Shown here piece by piece: positions 24,230 to 33,912 of a stretch of DNA of 58,577 nt (position 1 is its first letter; the number at the start of each line of letters is the position of its first letter). The position numbers and the translations under genes are program-made. This stretch comes from a virus (lineage: Duplodnaviria > Caudoviricetes), in IMG/VR virus record IMGVR_UViG_3300036851_000446, positions 1-58,577 of that record; one strand, written 5' to 3'. Under the pieces are notes generated by a model. It was not told where the DNA came from. It searched no databases and saw only the letters and a list, made by a program, of their open reading frames with translations.

Positions 24230-27102
24230 GCCGCCAACCCCGGCCGGGTGCGGCGCAGATCGTTGAACGCCTGCTGCACCGCATCCTTGAACTCGCGCCG
24301 GCTACCGACGAACACACCGCGACCCATGTCCACCGTGATGTTCGTGACGCTCCCACCGCCGTAGGCGGCACCCGATGTCATCGGACCCGCGGGGATCACC
24401 GTGCCGTTCGACCCCGGGATCAAATAGGACCGGCCGCGCATCTCCAGCAGTTCCGCCCGCCCTTGCTCGGCGACCTCGTACAGGCGCCCGGCGCTCACCG
24501 GCCCACCGGACGCGCGACCGGTCAGACCGAAGACACTCCCCCAACTCCCACCAAGACGGGCGTTCAGATTGACCGTCTTGTTCGACGGGATCTGACTGAT
24601 CAACCCGATCATGTTGCCGATCGTCGTGGACGCCGCGGCGAATCCGCTGGTCGACATGTGGGTGTTGCGTCTCGGCGGGACCCGGTTCGCGCTGTTCTCG
24701 ACCTGCGTCAGCTGGTCCCTGGTCCGGCGCGAGCCGGTCTCCGTGACCTCGACGGTCGGGTCCGTCTCGCCGAGCGCCTTCGCTTGCAACGCGGTGACAT
24801 CGAACTGCTCGGCGAGGAACCCGGCCTGCTCCTGGGTCAGCAAACCCTGCGCGACCCACTGCTCGAGCGACGCCTTCGCCGAGTCGACCAGCGCCGGGTT
24901 CTCCGCGACGGCAGCGTTCAAACCCGCCGCGGCGACCTGCACGCCCGCCGCGCTCTCACCCACGGCAATGAGCGCCGACTGGTACTCGACCTCCGCCGCT
25001 GCCGCCTCGGCGCTGTTACGGCCGTGCTCCTCGCGTGCCTCGGTCAAGGCGGTGAGGGATTCCGTGACAGTCCGCTGCGCCTCGTCGTTCTGGCGCAGCG
25101 AGTTGAGCAGCCCGAACACCGGGTCGAACGTGGCCTTCACCGTGTCCGCGTAGTTGGCGAACGCCGCGGCGGCCTCGTTGACGGCCTGCTCCTGGTCGGC
25201 CATCGCCTCCGTCTCGGACTCCGTCGCACCCTCAGCTGTGCGGTTCGCTGTCTCGGCGCCGGCGACAGCCGAGGAGTAGTCATCGAACGCGTCTTTGACG
25301 TGGCCGCTTTGCACGCCCATGTCGCCGAGCTGGTCGGTGATCTCCCGGAACACCTTCGCCGCCATCTCCGGATCCCGGCCGGCCAGCTGGGCGAGTGCCT
25401 TGTCGACGTCGTCGATGACGTCCTTCGACTTCTCCAGTTCGTTGATGTCCCCGGCGATCAGGCCGTGCAGTGACCCGACGTCTTCCCACGTGTGGGTCCA
25501 CTGATCACCGAGGCTCGGGTCGAACACCTCCTGCATCGCGTCATGGAGCTTTCCGAGATCGTCGCCGGCGACCTTCGAGAACTCGCCCACGACCTTGCTC
25601 GAATCAGCGAAGTCCAACAGGGCGTTCTCGAGCTTCGTGATGTCCGCCGGGGTCCGACCGAACGCCTTCTCCGCTGCCTCACCGACGAGCATGAAACCGG
25701 TGACGATGATCCCACCCGCAGCGACCAGCCGGCCCACACCGGCGAGCCGGGAGCTGAGAGTCGACGTGGACGTCGCTGCGCCGTTCATGGCATCGGCGAA
25801 CGCCTGCCCACCGGCGGAGGACCAGTTGTCGAACAGCTTCATCGCTCCACCCCACGCCGTGATCAGCCGTCCGCCGACCGACAACACGGGCCCGACCGCG
25901 GCCATGAGCCCAGCGAAGGCGATGACGAGGTTCTGCACCGGCTCGGGCAGATCACCGAACGCCGACACGACCGACGCAGCGAACGAGAGCAGGTCGGCAG
26001 CGATGGGGGCGATGACCTCGCCCAGCTTGATCAACGCGACCTGGAAGTCGGCGAACGCCCTGGCGTTCTGGGCACCCATCGACTCAGCCCAGGTGGCGAA
26101 CGCCTTGTCGGTGGAACCGACCGAGTCGTTGACCTGCTCGAAGATGTCCCGGGTCTTGTTGAGATCGCCGCCGGTCAAGGCCAGCGCACCCTGGACAGCC
26201 TGCTGATCCTCGAAGAACTTGGTGAACCCCGAATCGCCCAGACGGTCCTTGAGGATCTCCAGGGTCCCGAGCAGGCCCTTCTCGGCGATGAGCTCGCGGA
26301 TCCGCTCCGTCGACAGGCCGACGCCTTCGAGCGCCTCGTTGGCCTGCTGCGAGGGCTTCATCAGCTTGCCCATGACGTTCGTCAGCTGCGTCGTCGCGGC
26401 GGCGGCGTCGTTGCCCTTGGTCGACAGCGCGGCGATCGCGCCGCCGACATCAGCGAAGCTGATCCCCAGTTCGGCAGCGGTCGGGATCAGCCGACCCATC
26501 TGCGCCGCGAGCTCCGCTGGCTCGGCCTTACCGGCCCGGGCTGTGGCGATCAGGATGTCGGTCGCCTCGGCGGCCTTCAGCCCCGACTCGGCGTAGCCGA
26601 GCATCGCCGAGGACACCGCGTCGGCGATGACCTCGGTCGGCCCGAGCCCGGCGGCGCTGGCCTTCGCCGACACCTCCAGGGCGTCCATGGCCTCAGCTGC
26701 TTCCAAGCCCGACGAGGCAAGGAAGTAGTACGCGTCGGCGAGTTCCTGAGGGGCACGGCCGGTCTCGCTCGCAAGGGCGAGTACCTCATCCTTCAACCCG
26801 GCCACCGCATCGCCGGACAGACCGGCAAGGGTCTGCATCTGAGTGAACGAGGCATCGAAGTCGGCGGCGGTCTTGACCGCGATCGCTCCCAGGCCGACGA
26901 TCGGCAGCGTCAGCTTCGTGCTGAGTGAGTCGCCCAGCCCGGAGACCGACTTTCCGAGCTGCTGCCAGCTGTCGCCGGTACGCTTCGACGTCTTCGCTGC
27001 CTGATCGCCGATGCCCTTGAGGCTGTCGGCCGAAGCCTTGGCACCCTTGGTGAACGAGTCATGAACGAGTCGCAAACGGGCTGTAATGGTTCGGTCTGCC
27101 AT
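24226..27102 (-). CDS. Tape measure protein
   Basis: 958 aa, Ala-rich helical, TP901-type core (AADFDASF...LASSGL), C-terminal RASGGPV...VAEQGRAEL; GGAG RBS. Confidence 0.93.
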   Translation of the reverse strand: MADRTITARLRLVHDSFTKGAKASADSLKGIGDQAAKTSKRTGDSWQQLGKSVSGLGDSLSTKLTLPIVGLGAIAVKTAADFDASFTQMQTLAGLSGDAVAGLKDEVLALASETGRAPQELADAYYFLASSGLEAAEAMDALEVSAKASAAGLGPTEVIADAVSSAMLGYAESGLKAAEATDILIATARAGKAEPAELAAQMGRLIPTAAELGISFADVGGAIAALSTKGNDAAAATTQLTNVMGKLMKPSQQANEALEGVGLSTERIRELIAEKGLLGTLEILKDRLGDSGFTKFFEDQQAVQGALALTGGDLNKTRDIFEQVNDSVGSTDKAFATWAESMGAQNARAFADFQVALIKLGEVIAPIAADLLSFAASVVSAFGDLPEPVQNLVIAFAGLMAAVGPVLSVGGRLITAWGGAMKLFDNWSSAGGQAFADAMNGAATSTSTLSSRLAGVGRLVAAGGIIVTGFMLVGEAAEKAFGRTPADITKLENALLDFADSSKVVGEFSKVAGDDLGKLHDAMQEVFDPSLGDQWTHTWEDVGSLHGLIAGDINELEKSKDVIDDVDKALAQLAGRDPEMAAKVFREITDQLGDMGVQSGHVKDAFDDYSSAVAGAETANRTAEGATESETEAMADQEQAVNEAAAAFANYADTVKATFDPVFGLLNSLRQNDEAQRTVTESLTALTEAREEHGRNSAEAAAAEVEYQSALIAVGESAAGVQVAAAGLNAAVAENPALVDSAKASLEQWVAQGLLTQEQAGFLAEQFDVTALQAKALGETDPTVEVTETGSRRTRDQLTQVENSANRVPPRRNTHMSTSGFAAASTTIGNMIGLISQIPSNKTVNLNARLGGSWGSVFGLTGRASGGPVSAGRLYEVAEQGRAELLEMRGRSYLIPGSNGTVIPAGPMTSGAAYGGGSVTNITVDMGRGVFVGSRREFKDAVQQAFNDLRRTRPGLAA

Positions 27103-27192
27103 ATGCGACTCCTTCCAAGGAGCTGGTGTGGGGCGCACAGCGCCCGAGGGCGGGCTACCGTCTCCCGCCAGGCGGACACCGGAGGTGGCGGG

Positions 27193-27678
27193 ATGAGACA
27201 GGCAGCGGTGGTTCTGGCGTTAGCGCTGGGGGCTTGTGGCGGGGGTGCGGCTCAAGCGACAGCGCCAACCACGACAGAACGCTCGACGACGGTGCCAACC
27301 ACGACAGAACGCTCGACGACGGTGCCGCTGACCCCGGATGAGGCTTATCTCGCGGACCTTCACGAGCACGTCGACTTCAACAATCCCGAGTGGGGACAAC
27401 AAGCGCTCGACCTGGCCGAGCAAACCTGCGAGACGCTCACGGGGAGTCGAGCCGTCATGACCGACGACGCCGCCAACGACACGCCCCAGACGGACGCTGC
27501 GATCGCCGATTCCTATGTCGATTCGACCCTGGCGGTGATCTACGACCGCGCCGGCGATGACCTGAACTTGACTGCCGCGGTGCTCGTGATCGGAGCCCAA
27601 CACTTCTGTCCGGAGTGGTCAGCGACCGTCGAAGGTGACGCGGCTTCCCGGGGTCTGACGGTCAGCCCTTCGGGGTGA
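27193..27678 (+). CDS. Lipoprotein (DUF732-like), antisense to the tail operon
   Basis: GGAGG RBS; signal peptide with lipobox LGAC; Thr/Pro linker; DEAYLADL...C...FCP. Confidence 0.75.
   Translation: MRQAAVVLALALGACGGGAAQATAPTTTERSTTVPTTTERSTTVPLTPDEAYLADLHEHVDFNNPEWGQQALDLAEQTCETLTGSRAVMTDDAANDTPQTDAAIADSYVDSTLAVIYDRAGDDLNLTAAVLVIGAQHFCPEWSATVEGDAASRGLTVSPSG
27264..27326 (+). repeat. Tandem 30-bp duplication (PTTTERSTTV x2)
   Basis: GCCAACCACGACAGAACGCTCGACGACGGT repeated exactly twice. Confidence 0.9.
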
Positions 27679-28087
27679 CCGTGTAGTAACGGCCGAGCGG
27701 CGGCTTACCGTCGTTGCTCTCGACGGCGTCACGTGCGTAGAGGTCGCGCATGTAGCAGGCGTGGCACGCGAGCTTATGGACCTCGTAGATCGGTGCGTCG
27801 TCCTCGTCGACCATCGACTCGTCGCGGGGTTGCCCGCAGCCCGGGCAAAGGAGGTTCTGTTCGGCCTGCCAGTCGAGCGCCGCCTGTAGATCGCTGGTGG
27901 CCCAGTCGGATTCTTCCTCGGTAACCCAGCCGGTCAGTCGTCCGTTGTCGTCTCGGACGACTCGGGTGACGGATCGGCGAGCGTGCCCGAGGAGTCGCCG
28001 TCGGGGGATTCCGCGGGCAGCCCCGTAGTCGAGGAGCCGTCTCTCAGACGGCTGCGATCGGTAAGGGCTGCCAGGACCGATTTTGGG
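27662..28087 (-). CDS. Tail assembly chaperone, -1 frameshifted C-terminal part (GT)
   Basis: Open -1 frame from slippery C CCA AAA (28087-28081); CPGCG...CHAC motifs; no good own start. Confidence 0.7.
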   Translation of the reverse strand, partial: PKIGPGSPYRSQPSERRLLDYGAARGIPRRRLLGHARRSVTRVVRDDNGRLTGWVTEEESDWATSDLQAALDWQAEQNLLCPGCGQPRDESMVDEDDAPIYEVHKLACHACYMRDLYARDAVESNDGKPPLGRYYTVTPKG

Positions 28088-28575
28088 GCGCCGATCACCT
28101 CGCTGTTGGCCTGGCGCACCGCGATGAACAGCTTCTCGAACTCGCCGACCGGGAGCTTCCGCATGAGCGTCTGCGCCTGCGGGAGGGTGATCTTCGGATC
28201 GAGCGAGCACTCGGCGACGACGACCGGGGCCCAGGCTTCGAGGTTGACCTCGTCGCCGGCCTCACGCTGCGCCTGCGTGGGTGGGTACTTGCGCTTGAGG
28301 TTCTGCCACTGCTCATGGCCGACGCCGGTGAACTTGAACGTCTTCTCCGACGCGGCGATCTCGGCTTCGCACGCCCGGAGCGCCGCCTCAGCTTCACCGG
28401 CGGCGGGGTCGTGCATGACCTCCACCGACGCGGCTTTGGCGGTGATCCAGGCGTGCTCGAGCCGGGTGTGCTCGGAGATGAGCGCGGCCTTCTGGACGAT
28501 CCTGGCTTCAACGACGAGGGCCTGGTAGCCGTCGAGCCAGGTGTCGAGGTCGAAGTCCCCGTTCGTCGTCGACAT
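27934..28575 (-). CDS. Tail assembly chaperone (G)
   Basis: Between major tail and tape measure genes; WQNLKRKYPP; TGATG coupling. Confidence 0.8.
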   Translation of the reverse strand: MSTTNGDFDLDTWLDGYQALVVEARIVQKAALISEHTRLEHAWITAKAASVEVMHDPAAGEAEAALRACEAEIAASEKTFKFTGVGHEQWQNLKRKYPPTQAQREAGDEVNLEAWAPVVVAECSLDPKITLPQAQTLMRKLPVGEFEKLFIAVRQANSEVIGAPKSVLAALTDRSRLRDGSSTTGLPAESPDGDSSGTLADPSPESSETTTDD

Positions 28576-29066
28576 CAGCTGGCGACGACGATGCCGTCGA
28601 GCTCGGGCTCCTCGGACCCGAAGATCGTGATCATGAACTTGGCCTGCTCGTTGCTGGCCGAGTCCGCGGGGCGGCGGATGCCGAGCGACCCGGGGTACGA
28701 CTCGACCGGCTGGCCGGCGGTCGCGGCGGTATCGGCTTCGATCCCGCGGCGGATCACAAGGGTCCCGGTCTCGGCGCGAGTGGAGAACAGGTTCCACGCC
28801 AGGTCGGTGTCGCCGCCGACGGTGTTGCGGCGCTTCAGCGTGAGTTCGACGGCGGTGCCGAACGAACCGGGGAGGACGGCGTCGAAGACCTCGCAGAGGG
28901 CGCCGTCGTCCACCGGGTTCTCGGTGAAGCCGGTCTTCAGGCCGTCCTTGGTGAGGTGGCACGCGAGTTCGACTGCGGCGTTGAGCTCGGACTGGGCGAC
29001 GAACGCGGGGTCGGCGACGTCGGCCCACCAGGCCTGGAGGAATCCGTCATTGGCGTAGCGGGGCAT
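28575..29066 (-). CDS. Major tail (tube) protein
   Basis: AAGGAG RBS; ELNAAVELACHLTKDG, LVIRRG, ESYPG motifs typical of actinophage tail tube proteins. Confidence 0.85.
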   Translation of the reverse strand: MPRYANDGFLQAWWADVADPAFVAQSELNAAVELACHLTKDGLKTGFTENPVDDGALCEVFDAVLPGSFGTAVELTLKRRNTVGGDTDLAWNLFSTRAETGTLVIRRGIEADTAATAGQPVESYPGSLGIRRPADSASNEQAKFMITIFGSEEPELDGIVVAS

Positions 29067-29134
29067 GGTGTTCTCCTTGGGCGCGAAGCAGCCCCGCTAT
29101 CGCGGGGCCGTCAGCTGGAAGGGGGGCTAGAGGT

Positions 29135-29893
29135 TCAGGACCGGATGGTCTGGTCGAGCCACTCGGCGACGACGAACGGTGGGGTGTCGTAGCCATCCGC
29201 GTGGGTGCCGCCGATCACCTCGAGCTCGATGCCGAGCTGGCCGGCGAACCCGGCGGTGATCGTGAGGGGGAAGAACTCGTCGCTGGCGGTGGCCCAGATG
29301 CGGGTCCGGCTGCGGAACCGGCGGACCGTCGCGGTGTTGCGGACCGGGTCGTAGGTGTCGTACTCGGCCTGCGAGACGCTGCCGCCGTAGGCCGCGTCGA
29401 TCAGTCCGGAGAACAGGGCGACGTTGTCGTGGGTCCATTCGAGGCCCAGGCACGGGACCCTCAGCCACAGGGCGGCAACCTGGGTGGGGTTCTGGATGGC
29501 CCAGTTGAGAGCGGTGAGGGCGCCCATGGATTCGCCGGCGAGGGCCACGTAGTCGGTGCGGGTGCCGTACGCGGTCGCCGCCCAGGTCAGGATGGCATCG
29601 ACGGCGTCGATGCTGGTCTGGTTGCCCCACGTGGAGACACCACCGAGGTTGGGGATGAACACGGGGTGACCCCACGCCGCGATCGGGCGCAAGTCGTCGG
29701 CAGCGATGGTGTTGTCCAACCACGCTGCGTCGGTGCCGGACCCGAGGACACCGTGGCAGTAGATGACCGGCGCCGCACCGGCGGTGGGTGTGGTGCGCCC
29801 GGTGAACACGGTGACGTCCTCGGTGCCGGTCACGTCGACGCGAACCGAGGTGGCGGCAGAGAGCCGGGACCCAGACGGGTAGGGGATGGTCAC
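29135..29893 (-). CDS. Alpha/beta-hydrolase (esterase-like)
   Basis: YCHG oxyanion motif, GESMG nucleophile elbow, candidate Asp (SDE) and His (GTH). Confidence 0.8.
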   Translation of the reverse strand: MTIPYPSGSRLSAATSVRVDVTGTEDVTVFTGRTTPTAGAAPVIYCHGVLGSGTDAAWLDNTIAADDLRPIAAWGHPVFIPNLGGVSTWGNQTSIDAVDAILTWAATAYGTRTDYVALAGESMGALTALNWAIQNPTQVAALWLRVPCLGLEWTHDNVALFSGLIDAAYGGSVSQAEYDTYDPVRNTATVRRFRSRTRIWATASDEFFPLTITAGFAGQLGIELEVIGGTHADGYDTPPFVVAEWLDQTIRS

Positions 29894-30480
29894 GCCGGTA
29901 CCGCACGGATCGACGACGGGGCGATCGACGACGCGATGCAGGTGACGTTGCCGGTGGTGGGAGCGGTGACGAAGACCTGCCATTGGGTCTCGGCCGCACC
30001 CGCCGCGATCCGGTGGAACGGGTACGAGGTTGCGAAGTCGGCGGTGGCCCGGTGGGTGGTATAGCCGGGGCCGCGGGCGTTCAGGACGCTGGTCTCACCT
30101 ACAGGAGCGAAGATCGCTGCGGCTGTCGCGGATGCGACGCTGTGGGTGAGGTGGACTTGGCCGAGCAGGTAGATGGGGCGTAGCAGCGCCGGGACGGTGA
30201 CGACGAGACTCGGGACGGCGGCCATCGTTATCGCCGACACCGCGAGGGCGCTGCTGTTGGTGGTGCGTTGGGCGTAGGCGATCTCGATGCCGCCGCCGTG
30301 GAGGGTGTTGTCACCGACGTGCGGGTTCGGTGCCTCGGAGCCTTGGCCGGTCCATTCGGGGTCGTCGGCGGAGCGCCAGCCTTCCTCGTAGTAGCCGCCG
30401 TACCGGTAGGCGTTGATGCTCGTGGTCTTGACCACCCCGGGCAGATCCTCGTGGGTCATGTCAACCAGGGTCAGGGTCAT
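29890..30480 (-). CDS. Putative virion structural/decoration protein
   Basis: Inside the structural operon; beta-rich C-terminal domain. Confidence 0.6.
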   Translation of the reverse strand: MTLTLVDMTHEDLPGVVKTTSINAYRYGGYYEEGWRSADDPEWTGQGSEAPNPHVGDNTLHGGGIEIAYAQRTTNSSALAVSAITMAAVPSLVVTVPALLRPIYLLGQVHLTHSVASATAAAIFAPVGETSVLNARGPGYTTHRATADFATSYPFHRIAAGAAETQWQVFVTAPTTGNVTCIASSIAPSSIRAVPA

Positions 30481-30950
30481 GAGCCGCCTCCGAGGGGCAC
30501 AGAATCGACGCGGTAGCGGGGGGTGGCGATGAACACCGGGGGCTGGACGGTGTCGTCACGCCTGACGCCACCGCCGGCCATGTCCGCCCACACCCTCGTC
30601 ACGAACCTGCCCGGGATCGTGAGGGGCTGACCGACCAGGACTTCGTTGGCCCGGTCGACCGCCGCCTCGCATTGCCGCGCGGTAGCGCCGACGCAGGTGA
30701 CCTGCCAGATCAGCGAGGCATCGTCGTCAGGGCAGCCAAGCGGACCGTCGAAGATGCCGCCGGGGAGCGGGTAGACGACGTAGTAGGCCTTGAACTTCGA
30801 TGTACCCGGGGTGCCCTGCCAGCCCCACGCCCCTTCGGCACCGGGGTTGACGTTCAGGTCGGGGGCGCCGGTGTCGAAGGTCTTGAGCTCGACGTCGAGC
30901 GCGTCGAGGAGCGCCGTGCTGTGGGCGTTCAGGCTGGCGAGGTCAGCCAT
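30477..30950 (-). CDS. Tail terminator protein
   Basis: YYVVYPLPGG...WQVTCVG...VRRDDTVQPPVF; position. Confidence 0.75.
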   Translation of the reverse strand: MADLASLNAHSTALLDALDVELKTFDTGAPDLNVNPGAEGAWGWQGTPGTSKFKAYYVVYPLPGGIFDGPLGCPDDDASLIWQVTCVGATARQCEAAVDRANEVLVGQPLTIPGRFVTRVWADMAGGGVRRDDTVQPPVFIATPRYRVDSVPLGGGS

Positions 30951-31362
30951 CGTCATCCCCGACATCCGGACCAGCCGAGCCCGAGAAGGGTTCGATCGCG
31001 GCGAGGACAGCGGGCGGGAACGTCGACTCCGCGGGTGTCATGGCCGGGGTGATGAAGTCCTGCGGCGGCATCTTCGACGTGCCGTAGACGACGAACACGG
31101 CGACCGGTCGACCCTCGGGGTCGGGGGGCGAGTAGACGGACCCGACGATGGCGTCGCCGTAGGTACGCATGGATTTGCGGATGCCGGCGCCGGTGGAGAG
31201 CCACGGCCGGTCCTTCGGCGCGCCGGCCTGGGCACGGGACCGCACCTGGGTGGTCTCGACCCGCACCACGGCGCGGACAGCGTTCTTCATCTGCTTCGGC
31301 GCGACGGTCTCGAGGTCGTTCGCCAGGTCGAGGATCTCGGACACGTCGATGTCGAAACTCAT
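30943..31362 (-). CDS. HK97 gp10-like head-tail protein
   Basis: AVFVVYGTSKMPPQDFITPA motif. Confidence 0.8.
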   Translation of the reverse strand: MSFDIDVSEILDLANDLETVAPKQMKNAVRAVVRVETTQVRSRAQAGAPKDRPWLSTGAGIRKSMRTYGDAIVGSVYSPPDPEGRPVAVFVVYGTSKMPPQDFITPAMTPAESTFPPAVLAAIEPFSGSAGPDVGDDDG

Positions 31363-31811
31363 GACGCGCCTCCGATCCCTTCGGGTTGCTCCCGGTTCTC
31401 GAGCCCCAGCCGTCGGTCGATCTGCCACGACGACAGACCGAGGTGGCGGATCTGGAATGACCGGCCGACCATCGCCGGGTCCGTCGAGGTGACGACGGTC
31501 AGGTAGTCGTCGACGAGCACATCGTTCGGGTCGCCCGCGGTCACACCTTCGTGTGACGCCACGGCGGGGAGGGTGCCGACGTAGGGACTGAGGGTCTCGT
31601 GGAGGTCACCGACCTGGGAGTCCTGCTCTTCGGACTCGCGGGGGCGCACGCGGCAGATACCGGCGTAGACCGTCACCGATCCGGCCGGGTCCAGGTCGAG
31701 GGTCACGGTGTCAAGGGTGGGTTCGCCGGACGGGCGGGTGATGGTGCACGTGTCCGGCAGGGCGCTGGCGGAGGTGAGGTGCATGCCGTCGATCTCGGCT
31801 TGGGTCAGCAC
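31359..31811 (-). CDS. Head-to-tail stopper/closure protein (DUF6093-like)
   Basis: LPDTCTITRP...VYAGICRVR...DPAMVGR. Confidence 0.75.
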   Translation of the reverse strand: MLTQAEIDGMHLTSASALPDTCTITRPSGEPTLDTVTLDLDPAGSVTVYAGICRVRPRESEEQDSQVGDLHETLSPYVGTLPAVASHEGVTAGDPNDVLVDDYLTVVTSTDPAMVGRSFQIRHLGLSSWQIDRRLGLENREQPEGIGGAS

Positions 31812-32503
31812 AGCACCCTCCCTTCATCGATCAGCGCCCGCATCTGCTCGGGGCGGCGCTTCGCTCGGGCGTAGCGCTTGTAGAGGGCGAGCCCTGCTTC
31901 GCTCCCTGTGCCCCGGTTGAGCCTCGGCTGTGGTGGGTGCCAGAGATGCCACAGCGGCGCTGAGAGGCGCACAGGCGGCCCGTAGAGGCAACGCAGGGCC
32001 AGCCCGAAGGCCTCGTCTTCTTGGCCCCAGCCGACGAACCTCGGGTCGAGGGGGCAGGCCTCGTAGAGCTCGCGGCGGAGGACGACGATGCCGCCGCCCA
32101 TAACGCCGGTGTAGGCGATCCCGGGGAGGCCTTCGGTGAACGGGTCGAGCAACATGCCCACGTTCGGTGGTCGGCCGGCGAGTACGTCGCGGGTGGCTTC
32201 GGGGGTGAGGCGATGAACTCGGTGGTGAGGGATGACCCACGGTGCGCCGTCACGAACTCGCTGGATGGCTTCGACCACACCGTCTGACCAGACGTCGGCG
32301 TCAGCGACAACGAGGATGTCGCCGGGTTGGTCTGCGATGGCGTTCGCTACCGCCTCGGCCTTGCACCACGTGTCGGTGTTGGGCTTGCCCAGCCTGATGC
32401 CTACGTGGCCAATGGCTGCCCATTGGCGGGCGACCCAGGCGAGAGCGGCTTGCCGGTGCTCGCACCAACTGGCCCAAGGGACGGCAACTAGCAGGTCGTC
32501 CAC
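31805..32503 (-). CDS. GT-A glycosyltransferase (galactosyltransferase-like)
   Basis: VAVPW, VADAD (DxD), LDPRFVGWGQED, WHLWHP. Confidence 0.88.
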   Translation of the reverse strand: MDDLLVAVPWASWCEHRQAALAWVARQWAAIGHVGIRLGKPNTDTWCKAEAVANAIADQPGDILVVADADVWSDGVVEAIQRVRDGAPWVIPHHRVHRLTPEATRDVLAGRPPNVGMLLDPFTEGLPGIAYTGVMGGGIVVLRRELYEACPLDPRFVGWGQEDEAFGLALRCLYGPPVRLSAPLWHLWHPPQPRLNRGTGSEAGLALYKRYARAKRRPEQMRALIDEGRVLC

Positions 32504-32695
32504 CAGCACCTCCAGCTACGCTGATCAAACCCAAGCCTGCGGGTGGGCATCCACGCCGCAGGGGGTCCCGGCCGGACAATCGCCTGCTGCCACGAAGCGG
32601 GAGGCCACCGCGGATACATGTGCGGCGACCGGACGGGACTCGCCAACACGCCTCGCATCTGGAGATGCACTGGGTGCGTGGCGTGGCCTTGGGGG

Positions 32696-33724
32696 TCACC
32701 AGCACGCCCTAGCTAGTTCCTCCAGCCACATCGGCTTGAGCGTCGCCCACGAGTTCGCTGTCGCCCATTCGGTGGCCTCCTGGCGCAGCTTGTCGACCAG
32801 CTCCGGGTTCGCCGCCAGTTCGTCGAGCGTCGCCGCGAGCGCACGAGGGTCGGTGTCGTGTAGGGGGATGGGCCCGGCCCGGGTGCCCACGGTTGCCGTG
32901 CTCGTGGTCGGCACCCTCGGGCCGGGCCACACCTCGTTCGGTGAGCAGTCCGGCATCACCACAGGTATCCCCAGAGCGAGCGCTTCGAGGACCGGGAGAC
33001 AGAGACCGCCGAACCGGCGGGGCATCACCAGCACGTCCACCTCCCGGTAGAGGTCCCAATAGTCATCGACGCACCCGGCCTCCACGCTGAGACCGGGGCG
33101 CCGGAACCTCTCGACATCACGATGCTGACCCCGGATCACGCATGTCACTGCCGAGCCCACGGTCGTCATGCCTGCCGCCTGGGCGAAGATCTCAGTCCCG
33201 TTGCGGTCCGCTACCGCCGGCCACCCGGCGGCGTGGCCGAACCGCAACCGGACATGCGGGGGCGGTATCCGCTCGGCCATCCACGGTGGGTCGGGGACCG
33301 GCATCGGGACCACCCGCGTGCGGGCCGGCAGGTGCTCCATCCGCCACGGCGTCGCCACCCACCAGGTGACCGCGGCCTTGGCGTCGGTCGGCGACAGGAA
33401 CTCCGGGTTCGCCTGGACCACGACCCCGCACCCGGCCTCGGCCGCCCACTGCGGCAGGCGTAGGTCGTAGGGCGTCTCAGCGCTGTAGACGACGTCCAGG
33501 CCGTCGAGCCACTTGCGTGCCGCTTGCTCGTCGAGCCGGCCGCCGTTCCACCGGACCGTCGTCGTGTCCCACCCGGCGAACCGCTCCGGGTGCTGCGTGA
33601 ACCGCCCGTCCCGGCCCGGGTCGACCAACAGCACCCGCTCCGGGTCGAGATGCCGGCACACCTCCCAGGTCTGGTTCGCCAGCCCGCGGCCGGCCTCGGT
33701 TCGGGCAATGACTCCAAACCTCAT
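32696..33724 (-). CDS. GT-B (GT4-like) glycosyltransferase
   Basis: DVLVMPRRFGGLCLPVLEALALGIPVV motif. Confidence 0.85.
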   Translation of the reverse strand: MRFGVIARTEAGRGLANQTWEVCRHLDPERVLLVDPGRDGRFTQHPERFAGWDTTTVRWNGGRLDEQAARKWLDGLDVVYSAETPYDLRLPQWAAEAGCGVVVQANPEFLSPTDAKAAVTWWVATPWRMEHLPARTRVVPMPVPDPPWMAERIPPPHVRLRFGHAAGWPAVADRNGTEIFAQAAGMTTVGSAVTCVIRGQHRDVERFRRPGLSVEAGCVDDYWDLYREVDVLVMPRRFGGLCLPVLEALALGIPVVMPDCSPNEVWPGPRVPTTSTATVGTRAGPIPLHDTDPRALAATLDELAANPELVDKLRQEATEWATANSWATLKPMWLEELARACW

Positions 33725-33912
33725 TGATCGGCCAACCATCGTCCGCGCCGGACGAGATACCGCACAAGAGCGAGATATGCGACAGACGGGGCGGCCCGTG
33801 CCACCACGTCAACGAGCTGGTCATCATCAGCCAGCAGCGATGCGAACGTGTCAATGCCTGACTGTAGGTGCGCCCAGGCTCTCTCGTTCATTGCGGCCAG
33901 GTCACTCATCAT
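33721..33912 (-). CDS. Small hypothetical protein in lower-GC insert
   Basis: ORF track; overlaps both neighbours. Confidence 0.45.
   Translation of the reverse strand: MMSDLAAMNERAWAHLQSGIDTFASLLADDDQLVDVVARAAPSVAYLALVRYLVRRGRWLADQ

Noticed and set aside
29135-29893. Lysin B
   Set aside because: Located in the tail module about 10 kb from the lysis genes and lacks a recognisable LysB architecture
32510-32695. Gene or ncRNA in the gap between two glycosyltransferases
   Set aside because: No frame has convincing codon usage or RBS, and no clear structure was seen; left uncalled
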